A stretch of DNA of 63,142 nt, the filler included, from Stramenopiles sp. TOSAG23-3 (lineage: Eukaryota): assembly GCA_900128585.1 (NCBI GenBank). It is 12 parts of 12 records of this genome, joined end to end, with 100 filler letters (N's around TTAATTAATTAA, not from the genome) between each part and the next. Parts side by side here need not be neighbours in the genome. Positions count along the whole stretch, not along the records: positions 43,899 to 51,092 come from LT643188.1; positions 51,193 to 58,381 come from LT643189.1; 10 more parts are not named here. One strand, written 5' to 3'. Under the pieces are notes generated by a model, which ran no database searches, was not told where the DNA came from, and saw nothing but the letters and a program-made list of their open reading frames with translations. This document shows positions 43,957 through 54,321 of this stretch, in pieces; within the stretch, counting starts at the first letter, position 1; each line of letters begins with the position of its first letter. A program made the translations under genes and the position numbers.

Positions 43957-46620
43957 ATGGAGGACGCAGACGTTCCTGACCAACGTGTAGCTTTCGGGAC
44001 TTCAAACCAGGCGCCCCCTCGTCATAGTAGGGGTTCGGGTAATAACAAAAGTTCCCCGGAGCTCGATACGCGTACAACTCAAGAACGGCCGTACGCTAGT
44101 TCTAGGGAGGTGAGGCATGCTGGAGAAGTGGAGTCTGCGTCAACTGCAGTCGAAAGTTCACCATACCCAGAGGGTTCTCGGAAGAAGACTCCTGGAGACG
44201 TTAACAGTCAGGTTGGGTTGAGCAGCTGGAGTGAACCGTCTGAAAATTCCCCCGGGGGTATGAGTGACAGGGGCAGAGATAAACGCCCCGGAAACACAGA
44301 TTCATGTGAAGAAACACCTCCCAGCACACGAAAAAGTCGCGCAGGGCAGTATCTTTTCACAAAGAAAGCCATGAAATCCTTTGAAGATTTACCAAAAATT
44401 GACGAGCTAATTCAAGAATATCTGCTATTTCGTGGCTTTACACGGAGCTTTCATATATTTACGTCGGAGTGTAAAACTGACAGTTTGCTTGGATTAAATG
44501 TGGCTCGAATTGTGGACAAACTTTTCTCGTATGTGGACACCTACGACATGCCGGGGCTGCTTTCTCTCTGGAGCTTTCTTGACGCCCGTTTTTTCCATCA
44601 CCTTGAAAGTCACTATCGAAGTGTTGTCATGGATTTTGAAGTTGCTCTAAAGCGATATTACATAATCCATGCTGTTCAAAGTGGGAGGCCAAACGAAGCC
44701 GTAAAATTTTTCGAGCAGTACGGAGAAACCTTGAGTGGAAACGTAAAAGACAGCGGCACCGGCAAACGAGAAAAAGTCCAAAGGGGCAAGGAGCAAACAA
44801 AAGGTGGAACTGGAAGCCCCAACTCTCCAAGTTATAGTGCACTTAGTGGAAGCGCAGTCGGAGCCTCGCCTTATTCTAGAAGCCCGACGACCCGAGCCCC
44901 TGGCAGCAAATACACGCCTGGCAAAAATCATGCGTTTGCATCGTCATGGAAGGGTTGGTTTGCGCTTCCTTTTTTACAAAATCCCGAACAGGACCAACAG
45001 TTTAGGGCATTTTTCAATCCAGCATGGGTAAGAAATCTAGCGATCTCCCTGCAGAATTTTTTAACATTAATTCTGCAGAATACCCCCATGCCAAAGTTAA
45101 TGGCGTTCAATATAGGGCGTGTCGAACGACACGAGCAAGAATGCCTTATTAGAAGCCAACGAGCTGAAATAACTTTGTTGAAGAGGCAACTCGCCGTTGC
45201 AAGACAAAATGCGATCGCTCAGGCGCCGGGGGGAACGTTTGGAACTCGGCAAAGGAATGATATTGGCGCATCCACTGATCGGAACAGTAGCAGTGAAGTA
45301 GGAGAATTGAGCGGATCAGAATTTTTCCTGGAGAAAAGAAACAAGTCGTCGAAAAGTTGCAAGGACCAGTTTGATCCCTCTTCAAGCGTCTTGCAACCTA
45401 TCCGTGAGCATCGTGAAAGTCTCACAGGTATGTCTAAAAGCATTGATAAAAAAGCTTATCGAATCGTGCACTCCGAGACCCTGAATGGTCACACTGATGC
45501 CGTCCTGTGCTGTCAATATAGCCCAGGTGGAACTTTCTTGGCATCCGGCAGTGCCGACTGCACTTTGAGAATATGGGATTTAAAACCTTGGCAAGATTAT
45601 TTGCACGTCCGTGGAGCGCAGCTATCGGCAGAGGAGAGGGGGCTTGATATTGGGGCAAGATATGACGCAAACGAGCATACATCTATGTCCCCATTCTGCT
45701 GCAGTACTATTTATTTAAGTTCAGAAGCGTTGTGCTTAAACTGGTCTCCCGTAAAACAAAAACAACTGTTACTGTTTGGAACTTCGACCTGCGAAGTTAA
45801 AATTTGGGATGTGTCTGGTCAGAGCACAATGGCCGAGTTCCGAACAGATCCGCTGTACCCTGTAGTGCAGTGCGCTCAATTTTGCAAGGCAGTCCCTACA
45901 CAGATAATTACGTCTTCTTCGAATGCGCAAAACAGCGAACGTTCATATCGTTTGGACTCAAATAACGCATTGAGCGGGAAGTTGCAGTTATGGGACATCA
46001 ATCGCCGGAAAGAAGTGAAGACTTTAGCCATAGGGCGTACTCCTGCAGCAATAAACGCCATAGATTTTGACGAAAGCGGCAAATTGATGGTCACAGGCGG
46101 AAGCGACGGTATGATCAGGGTGTACGATTTAAACACAGCAATGCTGGTCCAGCGTTGGCACGCACACGATGGCCATGTCCGCTCTGTTGTATTTTCCAGA
46201 GCAAAGAATCGCGCGGAAAGGGACGGGGTCCTCAGTGCCGGGGCAGACGGTCGTATGATAGAGTGGAGTTTGCGCAACCCGACTGTCCCCCCTTCTGTTT
46301 CACGCCAGTACGTGATGGCACCGTTTCCCTCCGGCTGTAAATACTCATTCAGTAGACCTCTAGTGTACACCGATGATATTGGAAATTACAATGCTTGCGA
46401 TCATTTAGTTTCGTGCAGCGCATATGGATCCGCAGTATTGTATCGCACGGCAAGGCAGGCACCTGTACAGTATCTTCAAGGGCACCAACAAGCAGTTCTT
46501 GGAGTAAGCTGGATAACCGCCCCAGGCTGCCCTCTCAGTAGTTGTGCAACTGCATCTGCTGACAGCACAGTGAAGCTATGGGCTTTGCGAAGGTATCTTA
46601 AGCGTGAAAGAACCCCATAG
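43957..46620 (+). CDS. WDR91: WD-repeat protein 91
   Basis: N-terminal LIQEYLLFRGFTRSF, LWSFLDARFF, W..WFALPF..NP...FRAFF...W...L..SLQNFL; C-terminal WD40 repeats (GHTDAV..LASGSADCTLRIWD). Confidence 0.88.
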   Translation: MEDADVPDQRVAFGTSNQAPPRHSRGSGNNKSSPELDTRTTQERPYASSREVRHAGEVESASTAVESSPYPEGSRKKTPGDVNSQVGLSSWSEPSENSPGGMSDRGRDKRPGNTDSCEETPPSTRKSRAGQYLFTKKAMKSFEDLPKIDELIQEYLLFRGFTRSFHIFTSECKTDSLLGLNVARIVDKLFSYVDTYDMPGLLSLWSFLDARFFHHLESHYRSVVMDFEVALKRYYIIHAVQSGRPNEAVKFFEQYGETLSGNVKDSGTGKREKVQRGKEQTKGGTGSPNSPSYSALSGSAVGASPYSRSPTTRAPGSKYTPGKNHAFASSWKGWFALPFLQNPEQDQQFRAFFNPAWVRNLAISLQNFLTLILQNTPMPKLMAFNIGRVERHEQECLIRSQRAEITLLKRQLAVARQNAIAQAPGGTFGTRQRNDIGASTDRNSSSEVGELSGSEFFLEKRNKSSKSCKDQFDPSSSVLQPIREHRESLTGMSKSIDKKAYRIVHSETLNGHTDAVLCCQYSPGGTFLASGSADCTLRIWDLKPWQDYLHVRGAQLSAEERGLDIGARYDANEHTSMSPFCCSTIYLSSEALCLNWSPVKQKQLLLFGTSTCEVKIWDVSGQSTMAEFRTDPLYPVVQCAQFCKAVPTQIITSSSNAQNSERSYRLDSNNALSGKLQLWDINRRKEVKTLAIGRTPAAINAIDFDESGKLMVTGGSDGMIRVYDLNTAMLVQRWHAHDGHVRSVVFSRAKNRAERDGVLSAGADGRMIEWSLRNPTVPPSVSRQYVMAPFPSGCKYSFSRPLVYTDDIGNYNACDHLVSCSAYGSAVLYRTARQAPVQYLQGHQQAVLGVSWITAPGCPLSSCATASADSTVKLWALRRYLKRERTP

Positions 46621-47287
46621 TTATAGTAAACGTAAAAATGTCTCTCTCTCAATATTTTATTTAATAAAATATACTCTAGTAAAATATATTAAACACGCTA
46701 AATCTAGAGTTCAGTTCGCAGTACATAAATTTTAATTACTTAAATAACAGACAATTTTCTTGTTTATTAAACAAGGTAATTGCATTTATTCCCTTATACG
46801 GTAATGAAGACTATCCGTAGCAGAACTGGGCAGTGCAATGTTGTTTTAGGAAAAAGCCACAAACCTGTCAAATAATGAATTCGAATCTAGTAGTAAAATA
46901 GACACAGCATTTATAATATATACCGTTCTTCTACTTTTTTACTAAAATAATAATAGACCCTGGATAATAATTTATTTATAAAAATAGATTCGTTGCTCTT
47001 CTTCATTATAACAAGGCCACTTCTAATAAAACAATAAAGACGACGACTGACGAATTATTAAAAATAAATAGATCAACACAGCATAAAAGCCGCCACCTTC
47101 TGGTTGGTCACACTCATGTACGAATAATTATCCAAAAAAGTATATGTGCTGGACATGAACTTTGTCATATCGGGTTGATACATATATATACGCCCAGGAA
47201 ACGTTTTTAAAAAATTAATCTATTTCAAAGGACGCACCACGAAGGAAATATTCCGTAGAATGAGAAGGAACACAGGTGACAATCACC

Positions 47288-50200
47288 ATGTATTTTGACA
47301 GTGCAGCGCAACGTGATCAGGAGGAATGGGCGAGGATGATAGACCCAGACTCAGGTGCTGCCTATTGGTACAACAATTTCACTGGTGAAAGCGTTTGGGC
47401 AGAGGATGCCCCCCAGTCAGTGGACGCTGGTTTCAGAGACGAGGAATACAACCGAGAGGAACTTTCGGATTACAATAGATTTGAAGATTACAAGAGGAAT
47501 CCAACACCAGAGACGAAATCAGATAATGATAAAGACATACCACAGGAAATTATTGAAGCAAATGCACGTAAATTGGAGGCACAGAAGGAGCTGATGAAAT
47601 TAAAGGGAGAGACCAGTTTGATACAGGGAGGTAATTCCGATGCCCCCAAAGAAGGCATTACTGCTACAGAACAGAAATTGTTAGAACTGAAAAATAGAAT
47701 AAAAGAATCTGAGACTTCGGCAGGGCTCGATAGCGATGACTTTGTATACGAATCACCGCAAAAAAGTAGCGGAGAAAAAACTTTAGACGAATTATTTGCG
47801 GAAGCGCATGCAAAAGCACGCGAGCTTATTGTGAGCCAATCAAGGGAAAACAAAGAAACTGGCGGGCTAGAAATTGATGATGACTTCTTCAGCGGAGAAA
47901 AGGGCGGTGCAGACAAAGAGCTGAATTATAGTAAAGAAAGCGAATTTGTAGATAGAACTTTTGGTGACACACCAAAAGAATCTGAAGCGAGCGTTATTGA
48001 CGGTAATGACGGGATTATCAAATTAGAAGCAGGAAATTCGTACGAAACGGACATCCCAGAGGATATACTTACGGTGGAGAACAAGGAGGATTGTGAAAAT
48101 ACGGCTGGTGTTCAAGCTTTAGAACCAGATATACCAGAGAACATTCGTGCCGCAGACGATAGGAAAGAGAACCCAAATACTGGCCGCCCACACGATTCTA
48201 ATATCCCAGAGAACATTTCTAAGTTAAATGAAAGAGATGAAATACCGAATTTCGGAGAAACGAAAGACGGCAGCGAACTTAATGTGTTTCAGACGCAAGG
48301 CCCAGGCCTCCCACACGAACCTAATATTCCAGAGAATATTCCTAAGTTAAATGAAAGACATGAAAAATCGAATCTCGGAGAAACGAAAGACGATGGCGAA
48401 CTTGATATGTTTCAGGCGCAAGGTCCATCCCGGCCATCGTCACGGGCAAGCACATCCGAGAAAATTCGCAAAACTGCGTATGCGTTAGATTTTGTGGAAA
48501 ACCATTTGAAAGCAATTAATTCGAATGTCCTGAATGATGTGTTTGGTCCATCCATGGCATCAGGGAGCATAGGGCAAGCTATTGAAGATTCAAAAAAAAA
48601 ACGCATAGCGGCGCAGCAAGCTAATGTTGGCGTGTTAGTTGGTCGGGGCAATAGTACTCGGAACGAAGTACTTTCGGCTTCAGAAAATCGCCAAGATAGA
48701 CACAACACACCAGATAGAATAATCAAGTTAGACGTTCCAACAAGTATCGATGAATTCGATAGTTCAATTGCTATTGTAAAATCACATCGCTCTTCAACCC
48801 AAAAACAATTGGGGAGTACTACCACACGGTCTTCAATATCGAACACGTCAACTCTGAGTTCAAGAAAAATGCAGCCACTGCGAGAAAACACAACCCTTCG
48901 CAGAAATAAAAAGTCGTCCGGGAATATTGACGACATAACGAATAGAACGGCATTTATTGTCGGTGCTTTTCCTACCACCATGAACGACGGTGGATGCAAG
49001 CGCTACATCGAAGCGTTCGGTGCAATGTCATTTTTTAAACGCCTAGAAAAGGCAGGGCACAACAGCAACTCGAAGCGTAAATTTCTTGTAAAATTTGAGT
49101 CTATTGGAGAATCGATTCATGCGTTTGAATACTTGAGCACTGCTACCATCGGGTCTTCCACTATCTACATTGAAATGATAAATAACTTGGTAGTTGAGTC
49201 GTTGATTGGAGACATGTTGGCCGGAGCATCATTTAAAGACAAAACATCTCGAACTGAAAATTTTGTTGAGACACATTCAAAAAGTTCTCCTTCTAAGTTT
49301 TCCCCGCAAGGTTCCCCCGAATCACCAAGCCTATCTCAACGCAGAAATAGAAACAGCACTTCAGTCGACAGAAAACTGCTTCATGTAAATGAGAAGAGGA
49401 AACGTATTGAAGAAGCTCGAAAGAGGGGTTTGGAAAAAAAAGCGGCACAGCGAGAGCAACAACGTCTGCGGTACGAAGCTGAACAGGACGAAAGAAAACG
49501 GGTTTTGAAAGAAGAAAGAGCGCTTCGGAAAAGACATAAAATGGAGCTTCATGTCATGAAAAAACGATTAAATGATCTATCGCCAAATAAGTCGGCGGCA
49601 AAATTAATTGCAGACAGCTCTCCAAAGTTCAAGAAGTCTGCTGATGCTAGCACGATGAACGATCGTGGAAAGGTCGAAGATGACGTGGAATGGATTCCAC
49701 TCACCCCTTCACAGTGGCCATCCGAAAATGGTGGTGGGACTGTCGCAAAGCACAACAAGGTGAAAGGTAGAAAAAAATTAGATAATAAGTCCATGCCACC
49801 AGTGAATACAAACGTGGGGGGTTCGAAACGGCATCAGCTAATGTCACCGAGTACAATTTCTTCTATGCTTTTTGATTCAGCAGATAATGCCAAAAACAGG
49901 AGCAAAACACAGCGCGAAAATATTACATACCTTGGTTCTGTGAAAAGCGGTAAGCGGAGGGTAAAGCGCAAGAAAATCAAAAAGAAGAAGAAAACAGGAG
50001 CAAGCAAGACCAGCCCTGCCTCTGCTTATGGAAAAAAATCTCCCAACGCGCAAAAGGTGACTAGAACAAGCCACCATTTGTACAAGCCATACTTGATCGA
50101 AGATCAGAAAAACAAAACATCACATAGGAGACAGATGCGCGATGTTCGGCAGTACAAACACCTCGTGTCATCCTCACAAGATATCTTGGATCGATATGAT

Positions 50201-50836
50201 AATACCGCTCTCAAACCGTCTCACCGCCGTAGCAATGCCCCCTCTCTCCTGTTAACCCCAATATTGCAGCAGAATGAAGATCCCGGAGAGGTGCAAGGAG
50301 AGGGTTACTTGCCCGACTGGAGTCCTTCTTCCAACGAAAGAAAGCAAATACCGGAGGAAGAAGTGTTCGTGGACGACGACGCTGCACTTTTAGCCGGTAG
50401 GAACCCTGTGCCATTTCCAAAGACATACAAAAAGCGCGTTTTCAAAAGCGAATATGGGCGGGCACGAAAAGTTACCGGGTTTTCAAGTTTGCCTTCCTTG
50501 ACGTTGTACCAAAATTACAAAAAAATATGGAGCCAGTCCCTGAGACAAAACCGTAATGGTAGAGAAGGGCATGTTCAGCCAAAGAAGGTAAGGAAAAAGC
50601 TGTCCCGAAAGCAGCGAAATGAATTAGCGAGAAAACGCGCCGCGTGGAATGGCCGCTTCCAGCAACAAGAGGAGGCCAATGGCAATGATGGAAGGAGCGC
50701 AAAATCTAATGGTGTTACAGAATTTTCTGGGCGAAAATACATGCTTCGACGGGGAAGCCACGGCGCCAAGAGCAATAGCGGAGAAGTCTGGGATGAACAG
50801 CTAAAAATGTTTTACAGGAAACGGTATGAACAATGA
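47288..50836 (+). CDS. Large, mostly disordered protein with N-terminal WW domain, degenerate RRM-like domain and coiled coil
   Basis: WARMIDPDSGAAYWYNNFTGESVWAE (WW); AFIVGAFP..IEAFGAM..FLVKFES..AFEYL..IYIEM (RRM-like spacing). Confidence 0.75.
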   Translation: MYFDSAAQRDQEEWARMIDPDSGAAYWYNNFTGESVWAEDAPQSVDAGFRDEEYNREELSDYNRFEDYKRNPTPETKSDNDKDIPQEIIEANARKLEAQKELMKLKGETSLIQGGNSDAPKEGITATEQKLLELKNRIKESETSAGLDSDDFVYESPQKSSGEKTLDELFAEAHAKARELIVSQSRENKETGGLEIDDDFFSGEKGGADKELNYSKESEFVDRTFGDTPKESEASVIDGNDGIIKLEAGNSYETDIPEDILTVENKEDCENTAGVQALEPDIPENIRAADDRKENPNTGRPHDSNIPENISKLNERDEIPNFGETKDGSELNVFQTQGPGLPHEPNIPENIPKLNERHEKSNLGETKDDGELDMFQAQGPSRPSSRASTSEKIRKTAYALDFVENHLKAINSNVLNDVFGPSMASGSIGQAIEDSKKKRIAAQQANVGVLVGRGNSTRNEVLSASENRQDRHNTPDRIIKLDVPTSIDEFDSSIAIVKSHRSSTQKQLGSTTTRSSISNTSTLSSRKMQPLRENTTLRRNKKSSGNIDDITNRTAFIVGAFPTTMNDGGCKRYIEAFGAMSFFKRLEKAGHNSNSKRKFLVKFESIGESIHAFEYLSTATIGSSTIYIEMINNLVVESLIGDMLAGASFKDKTSRTENFVETHSKSSPSKFSPQGSPESPSLSQRRNRNSTSVDRKLLHVNEKRKRIEEARKRGLEKKAAQREQQRLRYEAEQDERKRVLKEERALRKRHKMELHVMKKRLNDLSPNKSAAKLIADSSPKFKKSADASTMNDRGKVEDDVEWIPLTPSQWPSENGGGTVAKHNKVKGRKKLDNKSMPPVNTNVGGSKRHQLMSPSTISSMLFDSADNAKNRSKTQRENITYLGSVKSGKRRVKRKKIKKKKKTGASKTSPASAYGKKSPNAQKVTRTSHHLYKPYLIEDQKNKTSHRRQMRDVRQYKHLVSSSQDILDRYDNTALKPSHRRSNAPSLLLTPILQQNEDPGEVQGEGYLPDWSPSSNERKQIPEEEVFVDDDAALLAGRNPVPFPKTYKKRVFKSEYGRARKVTGFSSLPSLTLYQNYKKIWSQSLRQNRNGREGHVQPKKVRKKLSRKQRNELARKRAAWNGRFQQQEEANGNDGRSAKSNGVTEFSGRKYMLRRGSHGAKSNSGEVWDEQLKMFYRKRYEQ
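48182..48427 (+). repeat. 123-bp imperfect coding tandem duplication
   Basis: Two copies encoding G(R/L)PH(D/E)xNIPENIxKLNERxExxNxGETKDxxELxxFQxQGP. Confidence 0.88.
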
Positions 50837-51755
50837 TTTTAATTACGCACCTGGAGTGCACAGGTATAATTGTAATTGTAGATGGTAAAAAGATACATAC
50901 ATGTCACAAGTTCAAAAAGATAATATATATTTTAAAATATACTTTTTCTATATTTTAATTACTCTAAATAACAACAGCCATAATTTTGTTTTAATATACA
51001 GATATTTTTTTTATTATTACCCTAAACCGAATTCGGTCCAACAGGAACGCGGAGCAGCCGTTTGTGAGAGCAAACAACACATGCTACCGGTTNNNNNNNN
51101 NNNNNNNNNNNNNNNNNNNNNNNNNNNNNNNNNNNNTTAATTAATTAANNNNNNNNNNNNNNNNNNNNNNNNNNNNNNNNNNNNNNNNNNNNTATTGCTG
51201 GCATGAAATTCTCTCTTTTTTCTCTCCTCTTTTTTTTCTACTTCTTTCTTTGTCTTTCTTCTTCTTTTTTTTCCCCTTCTTCTTCTTCTTCTCCTACTTC
51301 TCTCTCTTTTCTTGACAAATAGCCTTAAATTAAGTATATAAACACAAAATTATATTATTCTATACTTTCTTGAATGTAATTTAATATAATGAATATATAA
51401 ATAATATATAAACCTTAATTTTAAAAGTAACGTCGTTCGTATCGTAACGGCTACAAGTTTTTAAAATTAATAATATATTATCCTCGTAATTGAAAAAGAC
51501 GTTGTTGCTGTGTTTATGTTATATTAGTTCATGGTATTCCAATATAATAAATAATTATTAAAAAAAAAGATACTCCTCTCCGTCCTCACTTCTCAATATC
51601 AAGCTTTTTTCTTCTCGTAATAATAATAAATGTAATATTTTATATCAATTATTTTATAGCTATTAAAAAAAAAAAAATTATAGTATTTATTTTTTAAAAT
51701 TTATTTAAATTTATTACAGTATCATTTTAGTGAAGATTCTTCAACTTCTTTCTTC

Positions 51756-52604
51756 TTACTGGTTCAGTTGATCATATGCATGCATTTGTTCGTATTGCAA
51801 CGGAGTGGTATGGCGACGAGAAATGCTTTCGCGCCGATGGGAAGCAAGTCGCAAACCTAAAATGGAACGTACATCGCTAACCGATGCTTGCAAAGCCGAC
51901 AAAATAGGCAACAACGAGAGAAGCTCGGTATCATTGGGGTCACCTTCCCACGTAGTGCACGGCAACGCATTGTCGGGCTGCTGTCTGTACGCAACAGGGG
52001 AATTGTCCACTAAAATAACTTTGGAAAGGTCAGGTCTTACCCGAGTCAAGTCTTTCACATAAAAAGGTCTCTCCGGCGGCCCTATTGGTGTGCACGAATC
52101 ACGAAAAAACATACGTGTGATAACACCCATAGTATCGATTCGGCTGGTCACGGACTCCGCATATCGCTGCTCGCTCGCAGTGAAGAGAACCACTTCATAC
52201 CATTTGCTGACTTCCCTTAAAAATGTGTGCAAATAGGGCCGCATGAAAACGTACAACGGCAAGTACCCCTGGGCCACGCTGAGCTCCAGCAGCAAGTCAG
52301 GGCATGCCATCTTTTTACCACTATTGTAGGCGTCTTGCCGCAGTGAGGTCGTAGTGTGAATAAGAGTCTCGTCCAAATCGAGCACGAGAGTCATTTTCTT
52401 TCGGCCGCGAACTCGTATTGGGTACTCTGGACTATACACCGTGGACTTCGCTAAATCTTTTACATACGCGAATGTACCCATTATCGTTAACTTATTCGCC
52501 CCATTCACCCTCTGCTTTCCAGGCCTATTGCACCTGAGCAAAAGGTCCACTATCCATGCCACCACGCTGCTAGGGTTGCCTTTCTTACAGCCGCACTGTC
52601 CCAT
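51756..52604 (-). CDS. FCP/SCP-family (NIF/Dullard-like) HAD phosphatase
   Basis: KMTLVLDLDETLIH (DxDxT), MRPYLHTFL, VLFTAS..YA, FRDSC, YVKDL, ILVDNSP; N-terminal MGQCGC suggests lipidation. Confidence 0.92.
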   Translation of the reverse strand: MGQCGCKKGNPSSVVAWIVDLLLRCNRPGKQRVNGANKLTIMGTFAYVKDLAKSTVYSPEYPIRVRGRKKMTLVLDLDETLIHTTTSLRQDAYNSGKKMACPDLLLELSVAQGYLPLYVFMRPYLHTFLREVSKWYEVVLFTASEQRYAESVTSRIDTMGVITRMFFRDSCTPIGPPERPFYVKDLTRVRPDLSKVILVDNSPVAYRQQPDNALPCTTWEGDPNDTELLSLLPILSALQASVSDVRSILGLRLASHRRESISRRHTTPLQYEQMHAYDQLNQ

Positions 52605-54321
52605 GTCGTAAGATTCGCTTCCTACTTCTCACCCCTCTCCCCGTTTTCACTGTTCCAGCACGAATGCAATTCACACAGCGCCTGATAATCCGAAAAAAAA
52701 AAGCGTCGACGAGGTACTTACATATCACAACATCTTCAAGACCTTTTAATAACTGCCCAGATGGCTCTAAATGTATATTGTGTGATGAAATACTTTTTGT
52801 TGATGATACAAAATTTAATTAATAACTAGAGACTAACTAATGTACAACAACAACACGAGAGAAGACGACAAAAAAAATAAAATAATAATAATAAAATGAA
52901 TTGTACACTGTAGTACACTGTACATTATATAATATAGGTCCTCGTACGTGTATTAATACCTACGGTACCGGTCCGGTATTTATTAATACAGGTACGGTAC
53001 AGGTACCGAACGAACAAGAAGATTGGAACATGTAGGTTCGAATTAGGGTTATATCTTTATTTTATTACTTCGAGATTTCTAATAAAAATAATAATTAATA
53101 ATAAAAAAAAATAATTAGAATACTAATAGTAGTGTAATCCCGTTATCTAAGACATCTCAATGCTGTGTCTATGTTATATAAGTAATGCTAATCACCTGCA
53201 GTATTTATTACAGTCATAATTATTTTTTGGTTGAAAGGACGTCTGCTGTGAAATTTCTATCATCTGGACTTGAGAAGAAATGAGGAGTCCATGCGTTCCT
53301 CGTAAATAATGACAGTGACCAGCTGACCGGTCTTGCGTTTCAGCGGTGACAATTCGATTGCTAGGGTAATTTTACTACAAGTACGAATGTTTGTAGGCGT
53401 CCTTCAAGAGTCTTTACTTCTTCAAAAGTGTTCGTTACCTGTTTTTTCTGTTGTTGTTGTTGTTGTTGTTCTTTCTGGAACAGCAGGCAAAGCCGCCCAC
53501 AGAACAATGCACCACAGGGAATACAATACAAAAAAAACGCGGAGAAACACGACGAGAAATACAACAGCAAAAATTTATTGTTGTTGATGATTCTTTTTTT
53601 TTACAGAAGGTAGATATTACAGTATATGAGCTCAATAGGACTACTTTTAAATAAAAAATACTGTTATTATTTATTATTAACGAGCAGCATTTTGCCACGC
53701 CTATTGTATGCATGTTAACTTATTTCGTACTTTTGTACCGTAGTAGCATAATTTTAATATGCTGCGCAACCAGGCCGATGCAAGCAGTCCTGTATTCCTG
53801 TACCCAGCAAGGTAGGAGTTGAAAATTAGTCTATAATACACCGTAGGCTACTACTATGCAGGAGAGAGGAGAGGCAGCCTCCAGAAACAAAGTTCCATAA
53901 ACACCAATATTATAGCTGCACAGCAGGACAATGAAACCGATAGATTTTTTTCTTTTTTTTTTTTTATTATTATTACTTTTCCTTTTATTATGTACACACT
54001 ATAATACTGTGCATGTATTTTTATTCGTTGATACCTCCTCCTCCTCGGTGTAGTATGATGCGCAGTACTTTTTCTGCCATATGTCACACAGACGGCTAGG
54101 CTTTCGCACAAAGTGGAAAACTGTTCGGGAAGAAAGAGAGCGAACATAGTTTGAAAAGGTATAAAATTCAACGTTGATTTGTAATTGTAGGTGCACTTAT
54201 TAACTTAGTGAATCTTAATCAAATCTGTACCACATAAACTCGAATTAATATGGGACGACTATTACTCCAGCTAAATGATAGCGTCTCGCGCAAGAAGAAC
54301 AAAAATAAACAGAAAGATGCC

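Noticed and set aside
53428-53713. Poly-Cys/Gln/Asn/Val ORFs
   Set aside because: Translations of a (TGT)n microsatellite in AT-rich intergenic DNA.
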